Below are positions 11,222 through 20,194 of a DNA stretch of 64,000 bases, one piece after another (position 1 is the stretch's first letter; every line of letters starts with the position of its first letter). The stretch lies in the NCBI GenBank assembly GCA_041653955.1, contig JBAZEH010000001.1, forward strand, positions 53,342-117,341, written 5' to 3'. This DNA comes from Candidatus Omnitrophota bacterium. Its GTDB lineage: Bacteria; Omnitrophota; Gorgyraeia; Gygaellales; Profunditerraquicolaceae. A program made the translations under genes and the position numbers. The notes beneath the pieces are model-generated. The model searched no databases. It had not been told where the DNA came from and worked only from the letters and a program-made list of their open reading frames with translations.

Positions 11222-12970
11222 TTACCTGTATTTCTCCAGCATCTCCAGTAATTTAGGGGAAACCTCATACCCTGACCCTAGTGCTATATCGGAATGCCTT
11301 ACGGCCAGTTCATACAGGCCACAGTAATAATACGCCACGGCAAGGTTATTGTGCAGCACCCCTGAATCCGGGGATATCTCAAGCGCCTTTATGAATAAAG
11401 GGATAGCCTCCCTGCTCCTGCCCATAAGCACATAAGTAGTGCCAAGCTCCTCATACACGACTATATCGCGCGGATCCTCCAGGAGCGCCTTCTTATATAA
11501 AATAACTGCTTTAGCGTATCTCGCCTCTTCTTTGTATTTATGCGCCTGTTCATAATACCTGCCGGCCGATAGGGCCTTGATCCTTGCGGCCTTAGCATAA
11601 AGTAATTTTGCCTCGCCCTCCCTGCCGGTAACCCTATAAACGTTTGCCAGGTTAATATAGGCACCGGATGCTGCAGGATTTACGCGTATTGATTCCTTAA
11701 AAGATACCTCGGCTTTCTCATTATCTCCTGAATTGAAATATTCCAAACCAAGCTGATTATGCAATATATAGCTGTCCGGACTATAACTTATCCCCCTTTT
11801 ATATAAAACCTCCTGGTTCTCCCAGTATCTACTTTGCCGGAAGGTCAGAAAAATATACGCCGCGATGATCAACGCCAGGAATACCCTCAAAGAGAAGGTG
11901 GTATATTTTCTCCCGCAAGGGCGGCATAAAAGGCTCGCGAATAAAAGAAACAGCCCGAGAGACGGGGCATAAAGCCAGTGCTCCATCATAAAGGACTCAT
12001 TGACAGGATAAATATTGCTTACGGGTATAAGCATTATCATAAACCAAAGCAATGAGAATGATACCAGGGGTTTCTTTTTTCCGGCAAGAAGAACAATCAG
12101 TACCAGCGCGGATAAAATAACGGCTCCTGATATCGCGCGGGGATCGGAAAAACTGAATAACCTGTTCCCGTAATCAAGGTGCAGGCCGTAAGGGAATATC
12201 AGCAGCCTGGAATACTCTGCCGTAGCTATGAAGAAACCCGGTATCCTCTCTAATGTTGACCCCTGGATAATAACACTGGAAATAAAATCCTCTGATACGC
12301 GGACCCTGAACAGGATATATACAGAAACGATAAAGAAAATCGGCAGGGCCTTCTTTTTCTCCATCCTCCTGCTAAATGCATAATGCAGGGCCAACACCAG
12401 TAAGGGCAGCATAACCGCGTTCTCTTTGGATAAGAGCGCCAGGATAAAAAAGGCCGGGCTTAAAAAATATGTTTTCGCGTTATTGCTTATATAAAATCTC
12501 AAGGATAGCAGTATGAACAGCAGTGAAAGAGGGTCTGAAACTCCCGATATGAAACAGACGCTCTCCGTTTGAATGGGGTGCAGGAGAAAAAGTAAACCCG
12601 CAATAAAGGCAATTATGGAACTCCCGGAAAGAATAGATATGAACCAATAAGCGGCTAACGCGGCCAGGATATGCGCTGTTATGCTGGTAAGCCTATACCC
12701 CCACGGGTTAAGGCCAAAAAGGGAGTAATCTATCATATGGATGAGTGCCTGTAAAGGACGGTAGAAATTAGAAACCGCCCCTCCTCCCGAACCAAAACTC
12801 TCCGTGAATACCTTCCCTATGTTGGACCAGCTCTTTATGTAAGAATCTTGCACTACCAGCCCATAATCATCCCAGACAAATCCCCCTTGCAAAGAATTCG
12901 CGTAAGCCGCTAATCCCAGGATTATTATTGCCGATACCTCAAGGATCACGATCAATCTGCCTTTACGCAT
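11222..12970 (-). CDS. TMTC-like protein: N-terminal polytopic membrane domain (DUF1736/PMT-like) plus C-terminal TPR repeats. Paralog of 37062-38831.
   Basis: YANSLQGGFVWDDY motif shared with the paralog (FNSLSGKFIWDDY); about 11 TM helices followed by TPR-like repeats. Confidence 0.6.
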   Translation of the reverse strand: MRKGRLIVILEVSAIIILGLAAYANSLQGGFVWDDYGLVVQDSYIKSWSNIGKVFTESFGSGGGAVSNFYRPLQALIHMIDYSLFGLNPWGYRLTSITAHILAALAAYWFISILSGSSIIAFIAGLLFLLHPIQTESVCFISGVSDPLSLLFILLSLRFYISNNAKTYFLSPAFFILALLSKENAVMLPLLVLALHYAFSRRMEKKKALPIFFIVSVYILFRVRVSEDFISSVIIQGSTLERIPGFFIATAEYSRLLIFPYGLHLDYGNRLFSFSDPRAISGAVILSALVLIVLLAGKKKPLVSFSLLWFMIMLIPVSNIYPVNESFMMEHWLYAPSLGLFLLFASLLCRPCGRKYTTFSLRVFLALIIAAYIFLTFRQSRYWENQEVLYKRGISYSPDSYILHNQLGLEYFNSGDNEKAEVSFKESIRVNPAASGAYINLANVYRVTGREGEAKLLYAKAARIKALSAGRYYEQAHKYKEEARYAKAVILYKKALLEDPRDIVVYEELGTTYVLMGRSREAIPLFIKALEISPDSGVLHNNLAVAYYYCGLYELAVRHSDIALGSGYEVSPKLLEMLEKYR

Positions 12971-13099
12971 AATTGATAATTATAGCAAAATAATAAATGC
13001 CCGGGCAATAAAAAAGAGGAACTTTCGTTCCTCTTTTCCAATCAATGCGCATAACTCCCCCGTTTGCGCTCGTAATCGGCAGTGACATGCAAAATAAAA

Positions 13100-13171
13100 T
13101 GCCGAGGGAGGGAATCGGACCCCCCACGCCGGCCTTTTCAGGGCCGCGCTCTACCACTAAGCTACCTCGGC
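13100..13171 (-). tRNA. tRNA-Phe (anticodon GAA). No encoded CCA.
   Basis: GCCGAGGTAGCTTAGTGGTAGAGCGCGGCCCTGAAAAGGCCGGCGTGGGGGGTCCGATTCCCTCCCTCGGCA; anticodon stem CGGCC/GGCCG, loop CTGAAAA, discriminator A. Confidence 0.8.
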
Positions 13172-13337
13172 TAAATCTTTTTGTTGGTGAATCCTCTGTC
13201 GCCCCGCCTTCACCTGCTTACCGCGGGCCATCGGAGGAGCTAGCTACCTCGGCTAAATCTTTTTGTTGGCGAATCCTCTGTCGCCCCGCCTTCACCTGCT
13301 TACCGCGGGCCATCGGAGGAGCTAGCTGCCTGGGCTA
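13160..13337. repeat. 82-bp direct tandem repeat, about 2.2 copies with 1 mismatch. The first copy begins with the 12 nt at the 5' end of tRNA-Phe.
   Basis: Copies at 13160-13241, 13242-13323 and a partial third at 13324-13337. Confidence 0.8.
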
Positions 13338-14039
13338 ATGTGCACCATTTAACCTTTTTACCACAAAAGGAGAAAAAAGCAAGTAAATTAAAAGGAACGT
13401 GAATACGGTTACCCCTGTCTTATTCATAATAACCGCTATAAATACCAGCAGGGAGAGGCTTAAAACTACAGCTTTTGCCTTCCCCGGAAACAGCTGTTTC
13501 AACCCATCAAGATTAAGGTATTTAACGTGCGAAACCATCAGGAACGCGAGCAATAATACCATAAATAGGAATATTGCCGGCACATATTGCGGCAAAGGGG
13601 AAAAGTCCCCGCTTTTTCTGAATATGAGGATGAATGATGCCAGGATACCTCCGCTGACGGTCGTAGGCAACCCGTAAAAATGATTAGCCATTTTTTCTTT
13701 AGGAGTAATATTATATTTTGCCAGGCGCATGACACTGCATAATAAGTATATAAATAGCGCCAGCGTAGACCATAGATAAAAATCACGGTAAACAAAAATA
13801 TACCCCAGTATGGAAGGCGCTATACCAAAGCATACCACATCTGCAAGCGAATCCAGTTCTTTGCCGAATTCACTCGGGATAGGGTTCTTCCTGGCGACCT
13901 GACCGTCCAACCCGTCCAGGACCGCAGAAAGCATTATCGCCCAGGATGCGAAAGTAAAATGCCCCTCCACGCATAAGATTATGGATAAGAAACCGAAAAA
14001 TAAACTCAATATTGTTATTAAATTAGCTAAAAATTTCAT
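13335..14039 (-). CDS. pssA: CDP-alcohol phosphatidyltransferase (phosphatidylserine synthase-like).
   Basis: DGLDGQVAR ... GKELDSLADVV motif; membrane protein. Confidence 0.7.
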   Translation of the reverse strand: MKFLANLITILSLFFGFLSIILCVEGHFTFASWAIMLSAVLDGLDGQVARKNPIPSEFGKELDSLADVVCFGIAPSILGYIFVYRDFYLWSTLALFIYLLCSVMRLAKYNITPKEKMANHFYGLPTTVSGGILASFILIFRKSGDFSPLPQYVPAIFLFMVLLLAFLMVSHVKYLNLDGLKQLFPGKAKAVVLSLSLLVFIAVIMNKTGVTVFTFLLIYLLFSPFVVKRLNGAH

Positions 14040-14416
14040 TTTGCCTGCTCCATTATTTTCACGAATATATCCTGCGCTAAATTCATATTAGGAAAATGGT
14101 ATTTTCGCGCCGACACCCTTAACCTTGTAGTGGAAGATGTTATCCTGACCAGCCTTATATATACCCTGCTTGACTCCGCCTCCGCCTCAATATACCCCTT
14201 CATCTTATCTTCATATTTTATCTCTCCGCGTATCCTGCTCACGGTAAAAGCGGCATTCCAAAGGCTCTCATAACTCCTGTCTGTTTCTCCCTGCACGGTA
14301 TCCTTGCTTACCGCGTAACCGCCTAACGCCCCCACGGCCCCTCCTATGATAAGCGGAGCGCATCCATAAATAAATATTGAAAAACAGAGAGCCGCGAACA
14401 ATCCGATCTTCTTCAT
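14036..14416 (-). CDS. Small lipoprotein. The true start is probably MKKIGLFAALCFSIFIYGC; the ORF-track N-terminal extension is unlikely.
   Basis: Signal peptide plus lipobox IYGC. Confidence 0.5.
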   Translation of the reverse strand: MKKIGLFAALCFSIFIYGCAPLIIGGAVGALGGYAVSKDTVQGETDRSYESLWNAAFTVSRIRGEIKYEDKMKGYIEAEAESSRVYIRLVRITSSTTRLRVSARKYHFPNMNLAQDIFVKIMEQAK

Positions 14417-14513
14417 CTTAAATCCTTTCTTGAAAATATATTCACAAAACAAAAAACGATAATCCCTATGATCAAAGCCCAGGAAACAACGAGGAATATC
14501 CATCCTCCGGTTC

Positions 14514-16082
14514 TCATCTCGCCCTTTCTGCCTGCTGCCTTCTACGCCTCCAGGCCGCCTTAACCAGGACTGCAAGCGTAAGAAAAACCAGAAATAACCC
14601 TAATCTTGTCCCTATGACAAAGGCCCGGTCCGCGGCAGAGACATTTCTCATGAATATTATGGGGAGCCACTCCTGCCATAGCCATATACCCAAGATAAGA
14701 AACAGGAACAACGGCGTAATATATTTGATGATGAATTTATATATTCCCGGTACCCGCATATCTGCGCCCTTATGTATCTCATCCCAGGCCTTCTCCATCC
14801 CGAAAACCCAGGCAAAAAGTATAGTCTCTATAGTGGCGAATACTACCAGAAAGAATGTCCCGCCCCAAAAATCCAGCTCATCCAGTACCCCGTTCTTAAG
14901 AAAGAACACCACCGAATGACAAAGTAAAAAAGATATAACACCAAATATGGCGACCGCCTTCTTCCTGCTTATATCAAATTCATCCTCAAGAAAAGCTACC
15001 GCGGGCTGGGAAAGAGAAACCGAAGAAGTGACCCCAGCCAGAAAAAGAAGAAAAAACCAGATAAACCCCATAATTTGCGCGAACGGCAGCTTATTCAATA
15101 CAAGCGGCATAGTGATAAAACCCAGGTTGAATACGCCTGAACGGGCAATAGATTGTATCTCCTGGGGCCCAAAAAAAACAAAAGCAGCAGGTATAACTAT
15201 GCTGGCGCCCAATATGACCTCGGCTACTTCATTGGTGCCGGATGCGGTCAGGCCAGAAAGGACTATATCGTCGCCCTTTGATAGATAACTCGCGTAAGTA
15301 AGTATGACCCCGATCCCTACGCTCAAGGTGAAAAATACCTGCCCTGCCGCCTCAAGCCATACGCGCGCTGATCTAAGAGCTGAGAAATCAGGGTTCCAAA
15401 GAAAACCTAACCCGTTATAAACGCTCCAGGCCGGCCTGGCGGGATCAGGCGCCCCTAATGTCAGGACCCTTGCCATAAGTACTAAAGCAAATAAGAATAA
15501 AAGGGGCATCGCCCATTTGCAGAAACGCTCAATACCTCCCTTTATGCCATGGTATACTACGCATATATTCACTATAAAGGTGGCTAAAAAGAACAGGTAC
15601 GCTGGGCCAAGGCCTTGAAAATACTGGTTTTTCTCCAGCCCCTGGAAGCCGCTTAAGAAACTTTGCATGGACGCCTGGTCCGCCAGCCCATTGTATTTGC
15701 CCGTCAACGAAAAGAAACTGTACGCCAGCGTCCAGGATTCTATATAAGTATAATATATGAAAATGACTAGCGGGCCAAATATACCGATGATACCGAAATA
15801 TTTAATAAAGCGGTTTTTCTGCCAGATACTGTGGAATATACCCGGAGCGGTGCCATGCTCAAAGCCTCCTCCGTAACGGCCTAATGTCCACTCTATCCAC
15901 ATCAGGGGTATCCCCAATAATAGCAGCGATATAAAATAGGGGATCATGAACGCCCCGCCGCCGTTGGATGCCGCCTTGGCAGGGAACCTCAAAAAATTAC
16001 CCAACCCTATGGCGGAACCCGCTACCGCCATGATAATACCAAGACGCGAACCCCAGCTATCCCTTTTTCCTGTCCGCTTCAC
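14514..16082 (-). CDS. Sodium-dependent transporter, neurotransmitter:sodium symporter (NSS/SNF) family.
   Basis: WGSRLGIIMAVAGSAIGLGNFLRFP N-terminal signature; 11-12 TM helices. Confidence 0.8.
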   Translation of the reverse strand: MKRTGKRDSWGSRLGIIMAVAGSAIGLGNFLRFPAKAASNGGGAFMIPYFISLLLLGIPLMWIEWTLGRYGGGFEHGTAPGIFHSIWQKNRFIKYFGIIGIFGPLVIFIYYTYIESWTLAYSFFSLTGKYNGLADQASMQSFLSGFQGLEKNQYFQGLGPAYLFFLATFIVNICVVYHGIKGGIERFCKWAMPLLFLFALVLMARVLTLGAPDPARPAWSVYNGLGFLWNPDFSALRSARVWLEAAGQVFFTLSVGIGVILTYASYLSKGDDIVLSGLTASGTNEVAEVILGASIVIPAAFVFFGPQEIQSIARSGVFNLGFITMPLVLNKLPFAQIMGFIWFFLLFLAGVTSSVSLSQPAVAFLEDEFDISRKKAVAIFGVISFLLCHSVVFFLKNGVLDELDFWGGTFFLVVFATIETILFAWVFGMEKAWDEIHKGADMRVPGIYKFIIKYITPLFLFLILGIWLWQEWLPIIFMRNVSAADRAFVIGTRLGLFLVFLTLAVLVKAAWRRRRQQAERAR

Positions 16083-16527
16083 AGAACCATCTCTCCAGTT
16101 TATCCAAAACCTGGGCCACCTCCGGGCTCAAAGTATCTCCGAAATCAAGGCTCTTGGGCTGGATAATTAAAAGAATTATATCCGCCTTTAAATTGCTTTG
16201 CAAGTAATTTATAATCAATGAGATAGATGCGTTATGCGTAGAGTATAAGCCAGGAGTTTTTATGTTGGTTGCCTCAACAAAACTGAACTCTCCGGGCTTA
16301 CCCCCGAAATCAGCCACGTCAATAAGCACTATGGTATCCGGCGCCTCCCTGACTATCTTACCCAGGTAGTTTTCCGGGCTCTCTCCGGCATCAAATACGG
16401 TAAAGGAGACCTTTTCTTTGATCCTCCCTGCCAAAAGCGAACCAGCGCCGTCATCGCTGCGCAAGGTATTGCCGATACCTACAATTATAACCTTGCCTTT
16501 AAGCCTGGGGATGATGTCTTCATGCAT
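16057..16527 (-). CDS. hycI: [NiFe]-hydrogenase maturation endopeptidase (HycI/HyaD family).
   Basis: IIVGIGNTLRSDDGAGS motif; about 150 aa. Confidence 0.75.
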   Translation of the reverse strand: MHEDIIPRLKGKVIIVGIGNTLRSDDGAGSLLAGRIKEKVSFTVFDAGESPENYLGKIVREAPDTIVLIDVADFGGKPGEFSFVEATNIKTPGLYSTHNASISLIINYLQSNLKADIILLIIQPKSLDFGDTLSPEVAQVLDKLERWFCEADRKKG

Positions 16528-16538
16528 GTAAGGACACC

Positions 16539-16772
16539 TTACATAACCTTGATCGCTTCCTGGATCAACGGCAGGATACCCTCTATTTCCTCTTTTGATA
16601 ACCTTCCTAATTTAGCGAAGGTAGCGTTACCGGTCCTGTCTTTTATCTCTCTTGTGATCTGCACTTTCTTTGTCCCCTTATTATAGGAATGCACGCTCAC
16701 TACAATCTTGCTGTTATCATCCTCCCACGCCTTGCTGAACAACTCTTCATCCAAACTGCTGTCATACGGCAT
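16539..16772 (-). CDS. PC4/YdbC-like putative ssDNA-binding protein (DUF2128-like).
   Basis: WEDD ... VVSVHSYNKGTKKVQITRE ... LSKEEIEGIL pattern resembles bacterial PC4 homologs. Confidence 0.4.
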   Translation of the reverse strand: MPYDSSLDEELFSKAWEDDNSKIVVSVHSYNKGTKKVQITREIKDRTGNATFAKLGRLSKEEIEGILPLIQEAIKVM

Positions 16773-16784
16773 CTCTTCCTCCTC

Positions 16785-17459
16785 CTATCTATTCTTTATT
16801 AAACTAACCGGTAACCCTAAATCCTTTACTACTATCTTCCCGCAATACGCGGGGCCCTCCGCCATAACCATACCGCGTTTCTTAGCCGCGAATGTTACGG
16901 TTTTATCCGCTTTCACGCAGCAACCCAATATCCTTCCCGTAGTCGCGTCTAACCCCGAAGGTATATCCACCGATATAACATACGCCTTTGAGCTGTTGAT
17001 AATTCCGACCAGGTCCCGGTAGACTCCTTTCACTTCCCCTTTTAACCCTGTACCTAAAAGCGCGTCAATAATAAGGCCGTATCTGCGTATTTTATCTTTG
17101 ATCTCCCGCAGATTCCCCGCATTGACCTCAATTACCCTGCGCCTCATCTTAAGGATGATATCCAGGTTTACTTTTGCGTCACCCTTTACTTCTTCAGCGC
17201 TACCGGCCAGAAACAGTTCCGGTTTTATGCCGCGTGTTAAAAGGTGGCGCGCCGCGGCAAATCCGTCTCCGCCATTATTGCCCTTGCCGCAAAATAGGAC
17301 CGCCGCCATGCCTGCGCGTAATAATCTTACGGCCTCCTGCGCCACTCCTATAGCAGCATTCTCCATAAGAAGGAGCCCGGGGATACCGAAAGAATCCAAC
17401 GCCCTCCTGTCTATCTCTTTAGCCCCTTTAGCGGTCAGCAGGTCAGAATTTTTTCCCAT
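16785..17459 (-). CDS. nnrE: NAD(P)H-hydrate epimerase (YjeF N-terminal domain).
   Basis: LMENAAIGVA ... CGKGNNGGDGFAAARHL. Confidence 0.8.
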   Translation of the reverse strand: MGKNSDLLTAKGAKEIDRRALDSFGIPGLLLMENAAIGVAQEAVRLLRAGMAAVLFCGKGNNGGDGFAAARHLLTRGIKPELFLAGSAEEVKGDAKVNLDIILKMRRRVIEVNAGNLREIKDKIRRYGLIIDALLGTGLKGEVKGVYRDLVGIINSSKAYVISVDIPSGLDATTGRILGCCVKADKTVTFAAKKRGMVMAEGPAYCGKIVVKDLGLPVSLIKNR

Positions 17460-17763
17460 GACGGTAAGGGCGGGTCTTATTGTATTCTATCTTCCTGCGC
17501 AGGGTCTTATCCAGGTCAATACCTCTCGCTCCGCAATAATCAAAGATACGGATACAGCAGTCAGCGAGTTCCTCGGCGATATTATCTTTTGTCCCGTGGT
17601 TGCGCATCGCCTCCAGCGCTTCGGATAGCTCAGAATGCATAAGCGCGATGAGTTCTCCGTCGTTACGCTCGCTGTCCCACCACCCCTTATCGCTTGCGAT
17701 AAGATGGCACTCTTTAATAAGTTTAGAGATCCCTGTCTTCTCTTGTTTCTGCTTCTTCGACAT
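17443..17763 (-). CDS. MazG-like nucleotide pyrophosphohydrolase (small all-alpha NTP-PPase).
   Basis: ALMHSELSEALEA ... EELADCCIRIFDY EExxE/D motifs. Confidence 0.6.
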   Translation of the reverse strand: MSKKQKQEKTGISKLIKECHLIASDKGWWDSERNDGELIALMHSELSEALEAMRNHGTKDNIAEELADCCIRIFDYCGARGIDLDKTLRRKIEYNKTRPYRHGKKF

Positions 17764-18199
17764 TTATTTTTACCTCCAGCTCATCCAGCGTGACCTTTCC
17801 TTCCAATACCGAAGTTATCCTATCCGCGACCAGCTCCTTGGCGAAGGTGCTGGGAGAAGATACCTCTATCTGCGTGCTTTTAGCCCCTGTTTCCTTGAAG
17901 AATACGCCTACCACTGTCGTATCGAGCTCCGAAAGATAGAAGGCTATCATATGTTTTGTCTTGCTTTGCGCGTAAATATATGAACGCGTGCGCTTAAGTA
18001 TCTCTTTAACCTTAGCGTACAGTTCGGCGTAATCATAGTCAAACGCCAAAATGACCGCGTCTTTACGTCCTTCCTCCAAAACGCGCGTAGATATGCCCAT
18101 AAATCCCTTCGCGCCCTCCTTTATCGTCGAGCACCCCGCTAACGCCGCGGCAGAAAAGAACAATAACGCGATAACAAAGAAACCTTTCCTTATCTTCAT
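17723..18199 (-). CDS. Lipoprotein of unknown function.
   Basis: Signal peptide plus lipobox LAGC. Confidence 0.5.
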   Translation of the reverse strand: MKIRKGFFVIALLFFSAAALAGCSTIKEGAKGFMGISTRVLEEGRKDAVILAFDYDYAELYAKVKEILKRTRSYIYAQSKTKHMIAFYLSELDTTVVGVFFKETGAKSTQIEVSSPSTFAKELVADRITSVLEGKVTLDELEVKINVEEAETREDRDL

Positions 18200-18210
18200 A
18201 TCATCTCCCT

Positions 18211-20190
18211 CTATTCGCTTATGACCTGCTTTATCTTCTCTAAATTCCTGCGCGCTTCTTCTTCACCCTTGACGGCAAACTCCCTGGCGCGATGCAACTC
18301 CAGCCAAAACATACCTGAAGTATCCGGATGAAGCACGATATCCGCGAGCTGCCCTTCCTTTTTCGCTACTTCAGACTGTAATATCTCAATACTGCTGAAG
18401 ATAATATCCAGTATATTGGTCTTTATCTTCTTCTCGTAATATTTGGCGGATGAGGTTTCCGTGCCCTTTATCTTTTCATACTGCTTCATCACATCTTCCC
18501 GGGAGGGGGTAACATTAACCGCTATTATCTTCCTGACGCCCATCTTGAATAATGGCTCGGTAGGCAGAGGGTTGATCACTCCTCCGTCAAATAAAAGGCT
18601 TTGCCTGAACTTAAAAGGCCTGAAAACCCCGGGCATAGTGCAGCTTGCCATTATCGCGTCTATAAGGAGCCCCTTGTCCATAATGACCGGTTCTTTTCTT
18701 TTCACATCGCTTGCGATTATCTTGAGGGGAAGCTTTACATCATAAAATGTCTTATTACCCAGGTATTTTTTTAAAAATCTGTAAAGCTTATTGCCTTTGA
18801 TGAAACCAAAAAACGGGAAAGTAAGGTCTATCAGGCTCCATATATGTTTTGGTTCTTTGAATTCTTTAGAGGTGATCTCCAGTATCTCGGAACTTGACCT
18901 GCCGGTCACCCACAGGCTGGCGATAAGCGCTCCCACGCTTGAACCAGAGATGACATCTATAGGGATATTCTCCTCTTCTATCACCTTTAACACTCCAATA
19001 TGGCAGAAGCCGTACGCAACGCCTACCCCCAGCGCGAGGCCTACCAAGCGGTCCCCCATCTGGCGCGATATCCTCCTTATTGCCTTGGCATACTCAGAGG
19101 CCGGATCATCCAGCACCATCTTATCCGATGCCTTGAACTCTATCTTAGGCAGCGTAGCGGATATGGGATGGCCCAATATCATTGTTTGTTCTTCGTGGGT
19201 AAGCTCGGAATACTTATATTCATTTATAACGACGTTTATCTTGTCTTCATGAAAATTAAAATCCGATTTAAGCCTGTGGATCAGGCTATGCGTCCTCTTC
19301 AAATCCACTGGTTCAGGGCTGGTCAGCAGGTATACCAGATCAGACTGATTAAGCATATCCAATATGATCCTGTCCATCTCGCTGGGCAAATCAAAGATTA
19401 TATAGTGATAATCATTCACCAGCAGGCTTAAGATATCTCCGAGCTTCTTTACGCAGGATTCCTCCTCCGCCCTGTATGAGAAAGTGGCAAGGTCCACTCC
19501 AAAACTATTTTTGAGTATAAAATCCTTTACCGACCTGGCTTCATAACCGTCTTTAGAGGAGAGGTCGAATACACGGTAAGCGCCTTCGATCTGGAGCCTG
19601 TGAGGAAGACTATGGGGCCTTTCAATAGGAGCAATATCCAGTATTATTACCGACTTAAGCGTTTCTTTGACCAGGCTAAGCGCCAGATTCAGGGCGTAAA
19701 CGGTCTTGCCGGACTGAGAGTAAGAGCTGAATATGGATATCGCGGTGCTTTCAAAGATCGTCTTCTGATGTATATCTTTTCTTTTCAGCCTGCGCGACAG
19801 GCTCCTGCTTAAGTCGATCGCCAGGCGCGGCATCTTCTTAAGCATCAGATCAAAATCTTTCTGATTGATCGTCAAAAGCAGGCAGTCATTTATAGCCCTG
19901 GCAGTCACGGAATGCGGTTCCCCGGTAAGGAGTGAAATGATGCCGAAATATTTACCCCTATGCAGGTATTCTAATATCGTTTCATTGCCGCGCTCATCCT
20001 GCGTATAGATAACTACCCTTCCCAGCACTACCGCGTAAAGAGCTCCGGGCGGCTCGCCTTCGCAATAGATGATCTCACCCTTCTTATACTCCTTGAAGGC
20101 AGCCTTCTCCTGTATGAACCTGCGTTCCGCCCTGGATAGCCCGGAAAATAAAGGTATCTCTTCAAGTATTGCAGGGTCTTTACTGATCAA
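18211..20190 (-). CDS. Multidomain protein: N-terminal cNMP-binding (CAP effector) domain, central ParA/MinD-like domain with a deviant P-loop (SQSGKT), and C-terminal patatin-like phospholipase (NTE-like).
   Basis: cNMP domain (FSGLS ... GEPPGALYAVVLGRV ... GEP); central IFSSYSQSGKTVYALNLALSL ... IIFDLPS; patatin GSSVGAL (GxSxG) and DGG catalytic dyad. Confidence 0.65.
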   Translation of the reverse strand: MISKDPAILEEIPLFSGLSRAERRFIQEKAAFKEYKKGEIIYCEGEPPGALYAVVLGRVVIYTQDERGNETILEYLHRGKYFGIISLLTGEPHSVTARAINDCLLLTINQKDFDLMLKKMPRLAIDLSRSLSRRLKRKDIHQKTIFESTAISIFSSYSQSGKTVYALNLALSLVKETLKSVIILDIAPIERPHSLPHRLQIEGAYRVFDLSSKDGYEARSVKDFILKNSFGVDLATFSYRAEEESCVKKLGDILSLLVNDYHYIIFDLPSEMDRIILDMLNQSDLVYLLTSPEPVDLKRTHSLIHRLKSDFNFHEDKINVVINEYKYSELTHEEQTMILGHPISATLPKIEFKASDKMVLDDPASEYAKAIRRISRQMGDRLVGLALGVGVAYGFCHIGVLKVIEEENIPIDVISGSSVGALIASLWVTGRSSSEILEITSKEFKEPKHIWSLIDLTFPFFGFIKGNKLYRFLKKYLGNKTFYDVKLPLKIIASDVKRKEPVIMDKGLLIDAIMASCTMPGVFRPFKFRQSLLFDGGVINPLPTEPLFKMGVRKIIAVNVTPSREDVMKQYEKIKGTETSSAKYYEKKIKTNILDIIFSSIEILQSEVAKKEGQLADIVLHPDTSGMFWLELHRAREFAVKGEEEARRNLEKIKQVISE

Positions 20191-20194
20191 TTTG

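Noticed and set aside
13160-13337. Tandem repeat next to tRNA-Phe as an integrated prophage or island att site.
   Set aside because: No integrase or cargo genes flank it, and the duplicated segment is the tRNA 5' end in tandem rather than a distant direct repeat of the 3' end.
13045-13338. A 97-aa plus-strand ORF spanning tRNA-Phe and the tandem repeats.
   Set aside because: It overlaps a tRNA and repeat DNA, and its product is Pro/Arg/Gly-rich with no motifs.
18211-20190. Interpretation of the cNMP-binding patatin protein as a CBASS/Pycsar-type antiphage effector.
   Set aside because: No nucleotidyl or pyrimidine cyclase, and no other defence gene, is adjacent. The neighbours are a lipoprotein and a GH1 glycosidase. 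The architecture also matches housekeeping NTE-like lipases.
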